Positions 39,966 to 52,495 of a stretch of DNA of 64,000 nt are shown piece by piece. A program made the translations under genes and the position numbers. Source of the stretch: Isurus oxyrinchus (lineage: Eukaryota); contig JANJGN010000210.1 of NCBI GenBank assembly GCA_026770705.1, positions 744,001 to 808,000 on the forward strand, read 5' to 3'. How positions within the stretch are numbered: the first letter of the stretch is position 1; each line of letters starts with the position of its first letter. The notes under the pieces were generated by a model that ran no database searches, was not told the origin of the DNA, and worked only from the letters and a program-made list of their open reading frames with translations.

Positions 39966-41134
39966 ATTATTTCATCAGTGGCGCCCATATCCCAAGAATG
40001 AATTAAAGTGATGCAAAATACTGTAGATTCTGGAAATCTAAAGCAAAACAAAAAAAAAAAACACACTTAGCAGGCCTGTGAGCATCAGTTCGGAGAGAAA
40101 CAGATCAAATTTTCAGGTCGATGGCAGGTGCAAAATCTCCTTTGGTACCATCCTTGAGAGCAGAACTGTTCGCCCCACTATCCCATACCAATATTCATTC
40201 TTTAAATAAAATCAAATATTATCTGGTCATTTTTCACAGCTCTATTCGTGGGATCTTGCTGTGTACAGATCACCCGATGCGTTTCCAACATTACAGCTGT
40301 GTATAAACTACTACAAAACTACGTTGACAAGTTTTAAGGGTCGTGAGCATCATTCTATAAATGCACATTATTTCTAAATGTTAACATTTTAAAATGATAG
40401 CTGCAATATGTTGAAAACCCAGAGATTAATATGATTGTAGGTCAGTCCTCTGGCTGCCGTTTTAACTTGTCCAGTTTAAAGGGGTTAAATCTTCAATCAA
40501 ATTGACATTCAATGGAATCCCAACCTGTTCAAAGATTGTGATAGTAGATCTTTTGGAATTAAATCCTTAATTTAAATGTATTTTTATTTATTTGAAATAA
40601 ATAACATGTGTTCTTATGGATGTTAAAGAAGTTTCCATTCATTTTGTACCAACTGTCAATATTCTTAAAATAAAACCTTGTTTTGAGTTAAAACCAATCA
40701 ATAAGTGTCTGTGTTTATCTGGTTTTGCTGCAATGAACACTTCATTGAAACCAGTGAGGCGTTTATGTAAATAAACACAGAAATAGAAGTCCCAGATTAG
40801 ATTCTGGAGGGACAAAAACACAACAAATATTTCCCCACCAACACAGAAATAGAGCCAAACATGCAAATACATCAACCGATTGCAGTAGCAATTTTTTTGG
40901 GCAATTTTTTAAATTAGTTATATGAGCATTATGTCACGATGATATCTATGTTCAGAATTAAGATAGACTCCCACTTATCATGAAATATAATGGCATGGCA
41001 AATGTGTTTGTAGAGATTTCCTGTACCCTCTCCCTCTCTGTCTCTTTCTCTTATTTGGTTCTTTGTTTTGTCTCTCCACCATGGGTCACCAGTAGCGAGG
41101 ATTTGATGCCGCAATGAAATGCCGAAGGATCTTT

Positions 41135-41480
41135 CCCTGTATCTAACCTGTGCTGTCTCGGCCTTTGGAGTATTTGATGGGACAGTGTAGACTGGGACAA
41201 TTTTACTCAATCTAACCCGTGCTATACCTGCCTTACGAGTTTTCCATGTGGCAATGTAGAGGGAGCTTTATATTATTAATGTAGTCCCATGCTACACCTG
41301 ACCTGGGAGTGTTTGATGGAGCCGCAGGCCCTGTCTCTGCATTACACTAGACCGTTTCTAACCGCATATAACCAGTGCTGGGAGTATTTAATGCGGCAAT
41401 GTAGAGGGAGCTTTAAATTCTGTGCCTCGCCCCATGCTGCACCTGCCCTGGGAGTGTTTGATGGGACTGTAGGCCCGGTG
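41135..41480. repeat. Degenerate tandem repeat (tctaacccgtgct...ctgggagtgtttgatgggacagtgtagagggagc)
   Basis: About five decayed copies; a related patch lies at 56740-56950. Confidence 0.6.
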
Positions 41481-41915
41481 TCAATATTGCACTCGACCGT
41501 GACCCTGCCCATGTTAATATTACACTAGACCCCGTCAGTGTTTGCATTACACTAGACCCTGTCTCAGTTTATATCGAACTCATATGTTTCTGTTTATATT
41601 ATACTTGACATATCTCTGTTTATATTATACTCGATATGTCTCTGTTTATATTGCACTCGATGCTGTCTCTGTTTATAATACACTAGACGCTGCCTCTGTT
41701 TATATTACATTGGACCCTGCTTCTGTTTATATTACTCTAGATCCTGTTTTTGCTTCTATTAAACAAGGCCTTGTCTCTTTATATTACATTTGACATGTCT
41801 CTGTATATATTCATCTAGACCTGTCTCTGTATTGAAATATGCATTGTCTCAGTTCTGCGCTAGATCATGTTTGCAGTAATTCCATTAGAACCGGCCTCAG
41901 TTATTACTGCACTGC
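41480..41915 (-). repeat. Inverted array of the 27-bp satellite
   Basis: tagaccctgtctcagtttatat-type units. Confidence 0.8.
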
Positions 41916-42059
41916 ACAAGTCCAATAATGTGGACATTGGTTGGGATGGAAATGGTGATGATCAGACATCAAGATGGTGGGAACGTTAATGATGCAAAAA
42001 AATCTTTCGAAAACAATTATCATGGGTGCCTATTTAGACGTTGTGACTTGCACTTTGTT

Positions 42060-42830
42060 GGAAGAATAGAGGCAAAGAGTATTTTCTAAATGGGAAGATA
42101 ATTCAGAAACCTGGAGTGCAATGGGACTTTGGAGTCCTAGTCCAGGATTCTCTTAAGGTTAACTTGCAGGTTGAGTCGGTAGTTAGGAAGGCAAATGCAA
42201 TGTTGGAATTTATTTCGAAAGGACTAGAATATAAAAGCAGGGATGTGCTGCTGAGGCTTTATAAGCTCTGGTCAGACCACATTTAGATTATTGTGAGCAA
42301 TTTTGGGCCCCGTATCTCAGGAAGGATGTACTGGCCCTGGAGAGGGTCCAGAGGAGGTTCACGAGAATGATCCCAAGAATGAAAGGCTTAACATATGAGG
42401 AAGGTTTGAGGACTCCGGGTCTATACTCGATGGAGTTTAGAAGGATGAGGGGGATCTGATTGAAACTTACAGAATATTGAAAGACCTGGATAGAGTGGAC
42501 GTGGGGAAGATGTTTCCTTTCGTAGGTGAGACTAGGCACAGCCTCGGAGTAAAAGGAAGGCCTTTTAGAACAGAGTTGAGGAGAAACTTTTTTAGCCAGA
42601 GAATGATGAATCTATGGAACTCATTGCCACAGAAGGCTGTGGAGGCCAGGTGATTGAGTGTTTTTGAGGCCGAGGTAGATAGGTTTTTGATTGGTAAGGG
42701 GATCAAAGGTTACAGGGAGAAGGTGGGAGAATGGGGTTGAGAAACTTATCAGCCATGATTGAACGGTGGAGCAGATTCGATGGGCTGAATGGCCTAATTT
42801 CTGCTCCTATGTCTTATGGTCTTATGGTCT
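42060..42830 (+). mobile_element. CR1-type LINE 3' fragment
   Basis: LVRPHLDYCEQFWAPYLRKDVLALERVQRRFTRMIP codons; (tcttatgg)n tail. Confidence 0.9.
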
Positions 42831-43229
42831 TGTTCTCCCGCATCCCAGATTTGTGTTCATAAGCCACAGATCTCTCCTTTCTTGCAGCTGTTTAAATTAA
42901 AGCATTTAACGCCTATTTCCAAGGTCTACAGCAATAAAGCAAGGGAATGCACTAATATAACATAAACAAAGGACAATAACATAAATAACAGACAGGGTCT
43001 AGTATTACAGAAACATGGACCAAAGCAGGAATAATGAGACAGGCACAGTGTAATATGATCAGAGACATGGTGGGGTGCAGCAATATTGACTCCAGATGAC
43101 CTGAAGCTGCACAGCACCAGATAAGATAGGAGTGGAGATATCTCCTGGTCATTAACACCTATTGCCCTCCTTCAGCTGATAATTGCATTCAATCACAACC
43201 TGTAATCTCATGGACTAGAATATATCCCT

Positions 43230-43660
43230 CACTGACTCCTTGGTGTGCACATCCACGGAGCCTGAAAGTAGCAGAACAAGTAGATGACGTGGTTAAGAAG
43301 GCATATTGGACACATAGAATGCAGGAGCAAGGAGGTTATGCTGGAACTGTATAAAACGTTGGTTAGGCCAAAACTGGAGCACTGCATGCAGTTCTGGTCA
43401 CCACATTATAAGAAGGATGTGAATACACTGAAGAGAGTGCAAAGGAGATATACCAGAATGCTGCCGGGCTGGAGGGCCTGAGCCATGATGAAAGATTGGA
43501 TAGGCTGGGGCTGTTTTCCTTGGAGCAATGAAGGCTGAAAGGGGACGTGATAGAGGCGTAAAAGATTATGAGGGGCATAGATAGAGTGGATAGGAAGGCA
43601 CTTTTTGACCGGCGCGGAAACGGTGGGCCGAATGGCCTCCTTCTATGTTGTAAACGTCCA
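43230..43660 (+). mobile_element. CR1-type LINE 3' fragment
   Basis: ORF 43284-43481 LYKTLVRPKLEHCMQFWSP. Confidence 0.85.
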
Positions 43661-44061
43661 TGAGTTTAACATTCAGCCCTGGGACAATGAGGAATGTAGA
43701 ACCGCAGGTCAAAAACAACGCCTTCCATACCTGTGACCTCCACCTCCCAGAATAACAAGGGCAATAAGCACACGGGAACACAATGCCCTGCATCCTCCTA
43801 CACATACATCTCTATAGGGGAGAAATTGGCCTTGGGCACTTGCAAAGAAGAAGCGATATCTGAAATCTCATTCTGCTGACTGCGCTGAAGGTGAATATCA
43901 AGTGCTGCGTAGCACGTACGGCCGTTACTATACTGCCCGTTTCAGGCTACTGCCAGATGCCAATGTCCAGGCCAAGATCTTTATTTTTAATATTATCTCT
44001 CCTTCTCATAGACACATGGGGTAATGCAGCTATAATTTAAACGCAGGCATAGATTAAAGCA

Positions 44062-44187
44062 AAGCACTGCTGATGCTGGAAATCTCAATTAAAAACAAAA
44101 AATGCTGGAAAAACGCAGCAGGTCTGACAGCATCTGTGGGGAGAAAAACAGAGCTAATGTTTCGAGTCCGTATGACTCTTCTTCAGT
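44062..44187 (-). mobile_element. PLE 3' tail with a hammerhead-like motif
   Basis: Minus strand CTGAAGA-a-gagtc(atacg)gactc-GAAA-catt at 44152-44186, followed by the same tail as 38460-38557. Confidence 0.65.
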
Positions 44188-44469
44188 GGCATTGTAGTTA
44201 CAATGACCAGGTCTGGTATAATATAGACATAGTCAAAATCGAATATAATATAAACAGAGACAGGGTCTATTTTAATATAAACAGTGACAGGGCCTAATGT
44301 AACATAAATGGAGACAGGGTCCAGTGCAATGCAAACTGAGATGGCTTCCATTGGAACATTAAGGAGATAGGGTCTATTTTAATACAAACAGAGGCCTGAT
44401 CCAGCATAATAGAAATAAAGCAGTTCCCAGGACATTAATAATCGAACCAGGATCCTGTATAACATGGGA

Positions 44470-45365
44470 GGGACAATCGTGCAGTGGGAACGTCACTTGG
44501 TTAGTAACCAGAGATCCAGGCCTTTTCCCTGGGAATAGAGGTTTGAATCCCATTATGGCAGCATGAAGAATCGAAATTCAATTAATAAATCTGGAATTGA
44601 AAGCTCATCTCAATAATGGTGACCATGAAACTATAATCGATTATCATAAGCATCCAGTCTGTCAGCATCGGCGGAGAAGAAAAGAGTTGATGTTTCGAGT
44701 CCTCATGACCCTTCAGCAGAACTGGGTGAATCCAAGGAGAAAGATGCAAAACTTTAGATCTTGATCTCCCTCCTCCATTCCCACCCTCTTTCTGTTTCTT
44801 CCCCCTTCCTTTTGTTTTTTCCAATAATTTATATAGATTTTTCTTTTCCCACCTATTTCCATTATTTTTCCATCTTTTATGCCCCCCACTCCCACTAGAG
44901 CTATACCTTGAGTGCCCTACCATCCATTCTTAATTAGCACATTCGTTTCGATAATATCACCAACTTTAACACCTATGTGTTCTTTTGTTCTTTTGTCTGT
45001 GACATCTTTTGATTATCTGCTCCTTTCACTGCTTGCTTGTCCCTACAACCACACCACCTCCCTCCACTTCTCTCCCCCCACTCCCACCCGCCCCCCACCC
45101 CTCCCCACCCCACCTTAAACCAGTTTATATTTCACCCCTCTCCTTGGATTCACCCAGTTCTGCTGAAGGGTCATGAGGACTCGAAACATCAACTCTTTTC
45201 ATCTCTGCCAATGCTGCCAGACCTGCTGAGTTTTTCCAGATAATTCTGTTTTTGTTTTGGATTTCCATCATCCGCAGTTTTTTGTTTTTATCATAAACAT
45301 CCATCTGGTTCACCGATGCCCTTTAGAGAAGGAAATCTGCTGTCCTTACCAAGTCTGGCCTACAT
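44470..45365 (+). mobile_element. tRNA-derived SINE interrupted by a PLE 3' fragment with 5' inversion (44662-45290)
   Basis: SINE halves match the intact copy at 49240-49620. 44662-44750 is an inverted copy of ~45130-45220. Imperfect TSD ttatcataa(g/a)catcca(g)tctg at 44641-44661 and 45288-45307. Confidence 0.75.
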
Positions 45366-46499
45366 TTATTTTCTTCATTCATGGAAATGTGAGTGGCACT
45401 GGCTTGGCCAGCATTTGTTGCCCATCCCTAATTGCCCTTGAGAACAGTGTGGCTTATTAGGCTATTTATTGCTGTGGGTCTGCAGTCACATGCAGTCCAG
45501 ACCAGGTGGCATTAGTGTGAACCACATGGTTTTTACGACAATGGTTTCATGGTCATCATTAGATTTTTGAATTCAAATTTCATCATCTGCCGTAGGGGGA
45601 TTCAAACACAGATCCCAAGCGAATTACGGGCCAGGTGAGAATACCATTACACCACCTCCTCTCATACATATAGCTCCAGACCCACAATTTTGTGCAGCCC
45701 CATTCTCTGGCTATTTGATTAATTGCCCACCACCATTAATGACTGGATGTGACAGGACTTCAGAGGTAAAATCCAATCCGTTTGATGTGGGATCTTCCAG
45801 ACTATGTGACTATGTGATATAAATATTGGTATTGACTGGTGCAGTATTAATTAAAACAGGGTACAGTGACATATAAACAGAAACAGTGTTTGGTCTAACA
45901 TAATAATAGATGAAGTCCAACTTAAAAAGTCAGAGACAGGGACAAGTGCAGCGTTAATTTAGACAATGCGTGCTTCGTAGAATGGATCCTTCAAGATTTC
46001 AAATCCATCTGCTGGCCAAACTTCGCAATTGCAGCTCCTGTGAAAATGTCGCTGTTCGGTTCGATCTTTGACATTATTGTGTCAAGAGTCCACTTCCTCA
46101 GATGTGATAACACATCACCTTCTGCGGGAGGTGTCAAAATTTAACACAATTCAACTAATTGCAGATGAACGTGGTTGATTAGCGCACGTTAAAGTCAGCA
46201 CCAGAGTAAAGCGGCCCAATTCCTGGTAATGTAACTTTGTTCATCTTGATTATAGGGAGGGATGTTGACCAGGGAGCTCTATTGAGATCATGGGAACTTT
46301 AATGTCCACCTCAACAAACATAGTGTTGGGGAGAGTTATTGGTTCATGATACCACCTGATAGTTAGGGTAATTTTCTTCAATAGCTACGTGCTCCGGAGC
46401 CTCCCAGGAAGTCAAGGTGCTATCTTAATTTGAAGCAGAAGATGCCATTTTGGTTTGTGTGTGAGGGAGAGAGGCGGAGACGCACATCAAATTGTTTGC

Positions 46500-48060
46500 A
46501 ACTGAATTTCACGAAGATCGTGGACAACCTTCCATCGATGAAAGGTCACAGACACACAATGGAAACAAACCCATTTCAGATGTGCTGATGGCTGAGGAGG
46601 CCAATTGTGAGGCAGGTTCTGCTGGAAGTGCTGCACATGAAGCTACAAATGTCGTTGTGGGGTTTTTTTTCCGGTGATGACCTCGATTGCCAAGCTGCTG
46701 TAGCCACTGGTCATTGTGCTGGTTCACGCCAACTCACAGGAGGTGTCGCCATTTTCCTCATTCATCAGTTTGTTACACTCAGTTGTGATAATCGATATTT
46801 AGGGCCTTCACTTCAAGCATCCTTGAAGTGGAGCTTTGGGTGTCCCACTGGTTGTCTGCCTCCGGCTACCTCACCATACGGAAAGTCCTTGTGCATGTGA
46901 CCATCTTCCATCCTATGTACGTTGCCAAGCCACTAGCACCATCTCTGTTGCATGAGCTCTACCATCTTAGGAGCTCCGCCTTTGAGAGTACTACTGCATT
47001 TGTGACTTTATCCTGCCAGTACATAACCATAATGCGCATCAGGTAGTGAAAATGGAAATTGTAGAGCTTCTTTTCTTGATAACTGTGAGTGGTCCATGTT
47101 TCACAGCCATAAAGCAAGGTGCTGAGAGCACAGGCCTTATAAACCATCAGCTTGGCCCTAAGGGTCAGTTTGATGTTATTCCAGGGGCATTTCAGAGTCA
47201 GCCATGAATAGCAGCTGCTTTCCCCATGCGGGTATCAAGTTCTGCAGCAAGAAACAGGCTTCCTGTCACCGTGGAACCCAGTGAGCAGAATTTACTTCCA
47301 TCTGAGTGGTAATTAGTGTGATCAATGGCGTAAATGCAAAACCTTGTCCCATGACCAGGGTTTCCTTCATGCTTATAGTCAGGGAGAACTAGTTACAGAC
47401 ATGGGAGAGTCAGTTCATCAGACTTTGTGGATGAGTTTCCTTTTTGATGACCAAGTTATCAGCTTCGAGCAATTCTTTGATCAGGATTCAATGTGTTTTT
47501 GTCTTCGCTTTCAGTCTTCTAGATTGTGGGGCTTGCAGTCTGACTGGGTGTGTGAGTAGACTCCTTGTATATCTACAAGGAAGGCAAAGATCAGCAGCGT
47601 GGAGAAGAAGATGCTAAACAGAATGGGGGCTAGGACACAGGCCTGTTTCATTCCATTCTTCACTCCGAATCTGTCAGAAGTGGAATCCTTAATCTGCACA
47701 GTGCAATGCATGTTGTCATGGAAGGAGTGAATGAGACTGAGGAGCTTTGGATGGCAGCCAATTTTCCACAAAATCTTGTAGGGTCCTGTTCTGCTGGTGG
47801 TGTCGAGCGTATGGAGCAGATCATTTCCAGGGTATACCTTCCGACACAAACACTACACTGTGCTTCGGCCTACACGTAGATGAAGTCTTTAAAGTCTGAT
47901 CCGAGCAAAGGCCTTCCCCGTGACTCAATGAGTGAGATATTCCTGTAGTTGTTGCAGTCTCACCTGTTGGTTTTGTTTTCAGATAGTGCAATGATTATGA
48001 TGTTCTTCATCTCCTTCAGAACGGATCTTAACTTTCAGCAGAGGAGGAGAAGGTCGTAAA
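46500..48060 (-). mobile_element. RTE-clade LINE, decayed
   Basis: Minus peptides VYKACALSTLLYGCETWT...WQDKVTN and GCHPKLLSLIHSFHDNM...NGMKQACVLAPILFSIFFS. Confidence 0.85.
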
Positions 48061-48072
48061 GGCTGAGAAACA

Positions 48073-48378
48073 TACATAATTATATATACCAATTATTATC
48101 AATTCACGAAGGTAAATAATTATATTGACGAATTACCATCAATTCACAAAGATAAATAATTATATTCACCAATTATTATCCATGCACAAAAATAAATAAT
48201 TATATTCAACAACTATCATCAATTCACAAAGATAAATAGTTACATTCACCAATTATCATCAACTCACAAAGATAAATAGTTACATTCACCAATTATCATC
48301 AACTCACAAAGATAAATAATTATATTCATCAATTATCATCCATTCACAAAAATAAATAATTGCATTAACCAATTATTT
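48073..48378. repeat. 40-bp AT-rich minisatellite, about 7.5 copies
   Basis: Unit gataaataattatattcaccaattatcatcaattcacaaa; period 40 (48151, 48191, 48231, 48271, 48311). Confidence 0.9.
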
Positions 48379-49239
48379 TCAGTATTTTATTTCATATAAA
48401 ATGTAATTGCAGTTCATGTAATATCATTGACATTGATTGAGATCACATTGACCATTCTGTCAACAAGGAATCACATCTCTCCCAGAATTCAGTAAGAAAT
48501 GAAATTAAATCAGACTGAGGATAATGAGCAGCTACCCAGCAGCCTCTGCGCTTTATTGACAAGTAATCACCTCATCATCACACAGAAACTCCTGATATAT
48601 AACTGGAGTGTGTGAGCATTTGGAAAGTGATGGTATGAAAAAGGCTACCTGGTCCTGACGTTAGTTGATAAATATTTAAATCCAGATTTGTCATTTCCCT
48701 CGTCTGGAAGGTAAGGAAACATTTGCGGCACTCCATTGCGTTTCACACTATTTCTCTTTCCACAGTAATAGTGTTTAGTTTGTTACATTCATTAATTTGG
48801 GTGAGGATATGTTGAATGTTTTGTTGTACATGAAAGGACCACATGTTGCAAATATTACAATCCTCCACCCTAATCCATATCATGTACCCACTTTCTGTGT
48901 TAAAGATGATGATTGCCCATCAGCAGGGAAGAATCACCAGTGCCACAGGGACGTCTCCAGTCTTCTGTTGGTGACGTTCAGCTCGTTAGTTCCCGATAGG
49001 CAGGGGATGGAATTCATCCAGAAAATCTGAAAGGACTGAAGATATTAGACTGACACAAATTAAATACAAGACCAGCTTCAAGATATGAAGTGGTCAAGCA
49101 CAAAGATGAGAAAGTAGGACAACATCTTTCAGGTGCATCTATGGATACATCGATCAATTCACTCACTGATTCCTTCATGAAAATATTCAGGCATCCAACC
49201 ACCTGCACACTGCAGTCATCCCTCTATTTTTGGTAGACG

Positions 49240-49620
49240 GTTGTGTTGCATTAACGTCACTGGACTCGTAACCCAGACCCAAGCTATTCACGAATTCAAA
49301 TCCCATTATGGCAGCTGGTGGAATTTAAATTCAGTTAGAAATCTGGGATTGAAAACTGGTCCCAGAGAAGGGCACCATGAAACTATCATCGATTGTGGAA
49401 AAAAGTCATCTGATTCACTAATGTCCTTTAGGAAAGGAAATCTGCCACTGTACCTAATCTGGCCTAAATGCGAGTCCAGATCCACAGCAATATGGTAGAC
49501 TCTAGCTGCCCTCTGAAATGGTTTCGCAAGACACTAAGCTCAAGAGCAATTAGGGAAAGGCAACAAATGCTGGCCTTGCTAGTGACTCTCCCATCCCGTG
49601 AAAGGGTAAAAGGGCAAAAA
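49240..49620 (+). mobile_element. tRNA-derived SINE
   Basis: Box-B-like ttcaaatccc; body shared with 44470-45365; 3' tail similar to the LINE tail at 11250-11350. Confidence 0.7.
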
Positions 49621-51339
49621 AATCACACAAACACACCTAATTTTCTATTTCCAAATTTTCATCTCTCTGAGTCCTATCTGATAGTCCGCCTGTAATTCTT
49701 TCTATCTATCCATCCATCCATCACAATATTATGATGTGTTGGAGAGGTCCTCCAATAAGCTTTTAATGCTAACAGGGTGTCAGAGAAGCTGGATAAGTTT
49801 TCTTTCCTAGGAGATGGAATAGTTCACATAGGTTCACAACTTAAAAAAATAAAACTGACTTCAGTGCTGTTGCTGGGTAGATTTGTTATAAATAGGCCTT
49901 ATTGACAATGTTAAGTGCTTGCAGTTGGCTTGCAACCAAGCGGTCAGTACTGAGGAAACAGATCTTTCATTGACTGCACAAACCCCCCAGATGCTTCCTG
50001 TAAATAACATTGGACATTCGAGCCTCCCTGACTGCAGCCGACTGGCTTGCTGCCAAATACTCTGTGGGGCAGATTAGCCTGGATATGAATCAACAAAATG
50101 GGATTTAGCAATTCAAATAATATTGCTTTCAGTCACACACGGAATACACATTTTAACTGGCATTTCATCCAAGGAAATATTTTAATGAATGCCGTGTTCA
50201 CTGAGATTAAACGCAATCAAAAAATATTAAATTGACCATATACTAATTAATTTATATTATTTCGAAGTAAAGGGCATTCCAGTTATTAAAGCATGTTCAT
50301 TAAGAACTTCGTGAAGTGCGAGAGGGCGATGTTGATGGTCACAATGTCCCAGTCCAATGAGACGAGTGCAATAGCAAAAATTAAAAAGAAAGTAAATTAA
50401 AATAAACTTGCTGAATTGCCTTAAAGCCGCAGGAATTCGTGAATATTCTCAGAGTTGTGCGCCTCATTTTATCTGAGGCGCCTCTTATTCCTGATTAGCA
50501 CCGTGTACTGTACAGTTTAATTTGTGCTGATTTCTATTATTTAACAGTGCCTCTCATAGCTGCCAATGAATGGAGAAATGACCAGTTCATGACCCGCTTC
50601 AGTGGAAGATAAAACATTTATTCTTGTGATATTGTGTAATATGCCGCAAAGTCCTAATATCCTGTGTTCCCCATACCAGTGAATGATAGACAGCCGGTGG
50701 CCAATAGAATTACCTATAATGATTTGGATGCTGATCGGATTTGCTGATCTCCGTGTCCATTCTATTCATTAGCTTCTCTGTCAAAAGTTGATGTAAATTT
50801 TATGTTTCTCTGTAAACGTACTGTTTAAATATCAGGGTGGCGGTCTTCTTTTTCCGCTAATTTTCACAGGGCTATCTTAGGTCAGGGGTTATTCGAGGAA
50901 TGTAAGGAGAGACATTGCGTAATATGAGCAGATTCGTCTTATCTCTGGACCCAAACTGTATGGCGATAGCCACCCATTTTGAAAATAATATCACTTTGTT
51001 CATCCCCCGCATTTAGCTACATAAATCAATAATAATTCCTCTGACTAATGATACTTTATTACTGTAATGAGACAGAGACCCGGAGTTGCTGCAAAACAGA
51101 CTGACAGCCCTGATAATATAACTTATTTTTTTAGATTCAACCCGCTGTGAAGTAGTGTAGAAATAAATGGGCTTATTTTACATTTGAATTAGTCATTTTT
51201 ATGAACTGATTCTAAGCTACAATTCCACCATTAGAGCCAATGGAGACATTACAATAAATCCATTCAGTCAAATATCCCGATACAGATAAAATGTCCACTT
51301 TTAACAATAATCTATTGTAAATATCTGAGTCCATTCTGT

Positions 51340-51445
51340 TGGGGATGTGGAAGGTGGGGCGTGGATCCAGTCGCCGCCTCCACCAGGGAATCAACAGGCG
51401 GCGCCTGGAAACCCGCCCCCTTCTGCCGGGTATTTAAATGCCGCT
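51340..51445 (+). promoter_or_regulatory. Putative VH promoter (GC boxes plus TATA-like element)
   Basis: GGGGCGTGG at 51356, CCCGCCCC at 51412, TATTTAAA at 51431-51438. No octamer is seen, consistent with shark IgH promoters. Confidence 0.6.
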
Positions 51446-51529
51446 CACTGGGGCCAGAATTCAACAATCCGGGAGTTGGTTTGTTCACTGAGTTCTGGAC
51501 AGAACCATTTTCACCAAATGACCAGAAGG

Positions 51530-51575
51530 ATGAGGTCGGCGATTTCTCTCAGTTTGTTGCTGACTTTCTTATCCG
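51530..51575 (+). CDS. IGHV: IgM VH leader exon (MRSAISLSLLLTFLS-G)
   Basis: 46-nt hydrophobic exon with phase-1 GTGAGT donor; an in-frame upstream ATG is present at 51518. Confidence 0.93.
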
Positions 51576-51703
51576 GTGAGTAGTTTTTATTGTCCAAGTC
51601 TCTCACTGTTACTGTCTCAGTGTTAGTCTCTCTCTGGAATGTTACAGAGTCAAGAATTATTTCACCAGAATTAACCCTCGGGGTTTTTGATATATTTTTA
51701 CAG

Positions 51704-52008
51704 GTGTCCAGTCGGAGATTGTGTTGACTCAGCCAGAGGCAGAGACCGGGCGTCCCGGAGGCACCCTGACACTGACCTGTAAAACCAGCGGCTTCAATCT
51801 TGGCAGCTATTGGATGAACTGGGTCCGACAGGTTCCTGGACAGGGGCTGGAATGGCTCCTTGAGTACTATAGTTCATCCAACAACAACTACGCCCCAGGA
51901 ATTAAGAATCGATTTACTGCGTCCAAAGACACTTCAAGGAGCATCTTCTCCTTGGACATGACGAGCCTGAAGACTGAAGACACCGCCATCTATTACTGTG
52001 CAAGAGAC
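51704..52008 (+). CDS. IGHV: IgM VH exon, intact
   Basis: tttacag acceptor; [51 protein letters not shown]...[11 protein letters not shown]; open frame with conserved C, W, C. Confidence 0.97.
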
Positions 52009-52047
52009 CACAGCGAGAGGAACCAGGGCTGGACCCGAACAAAAACA
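52009..52047 (+). promoter_or_regulatory. VH 23-RSS
   Basis: CACAGCG + 23 nt + ACAAAAACA. Confidence 0.95.
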
Positions 52048-52415
52048 GATCGAGAGGGATTCAACAACTTCCATCGTAACCTGACGGTCAGTACTTGTTT
52101 TAAATGTAATATTAACTGTAATGATCAGAACCAGACAACAAGCCGCTTCTGACAAAAATAAAACAGCAAATTTAACAGTAAAACATAACAAACCAATTGA
52201 TATAATGGGCTGAGCTTTTGCTGTGTTTATATTTACTGTTAACAGTTTCCACAATTACAGTCCTGGATATAATGTTCATTTTAATATGTCTGATACTTGG
52301 AGGAGGGTCTCTGTTCATTGAGTTTTGTAAATTGCTGCATGAATTCTAAAGAAGATCAGAAGTAAACGTCTATTTGAAGTGAATATTAAGAAGCAGCATT
52401 GAACAGAGTGGGTGC

Positions 52416-52495
52416 AGTTTTTGTGCGGGTGTATTTCACTGTGATACTACAGCGGGTCACAGTGCTGTGCATAGCGACATCCTCATACAAAAACC
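52416..52495 (+). other. IGHD: DH1 segment (coding 52444-52457, ATACTACAGCGGGT) with 12/22 RSS
   Basis: AGTTTTTGT-12-CACTGTG / CACAGTG-22-ACAAAAACC. Confidence 0.95.
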
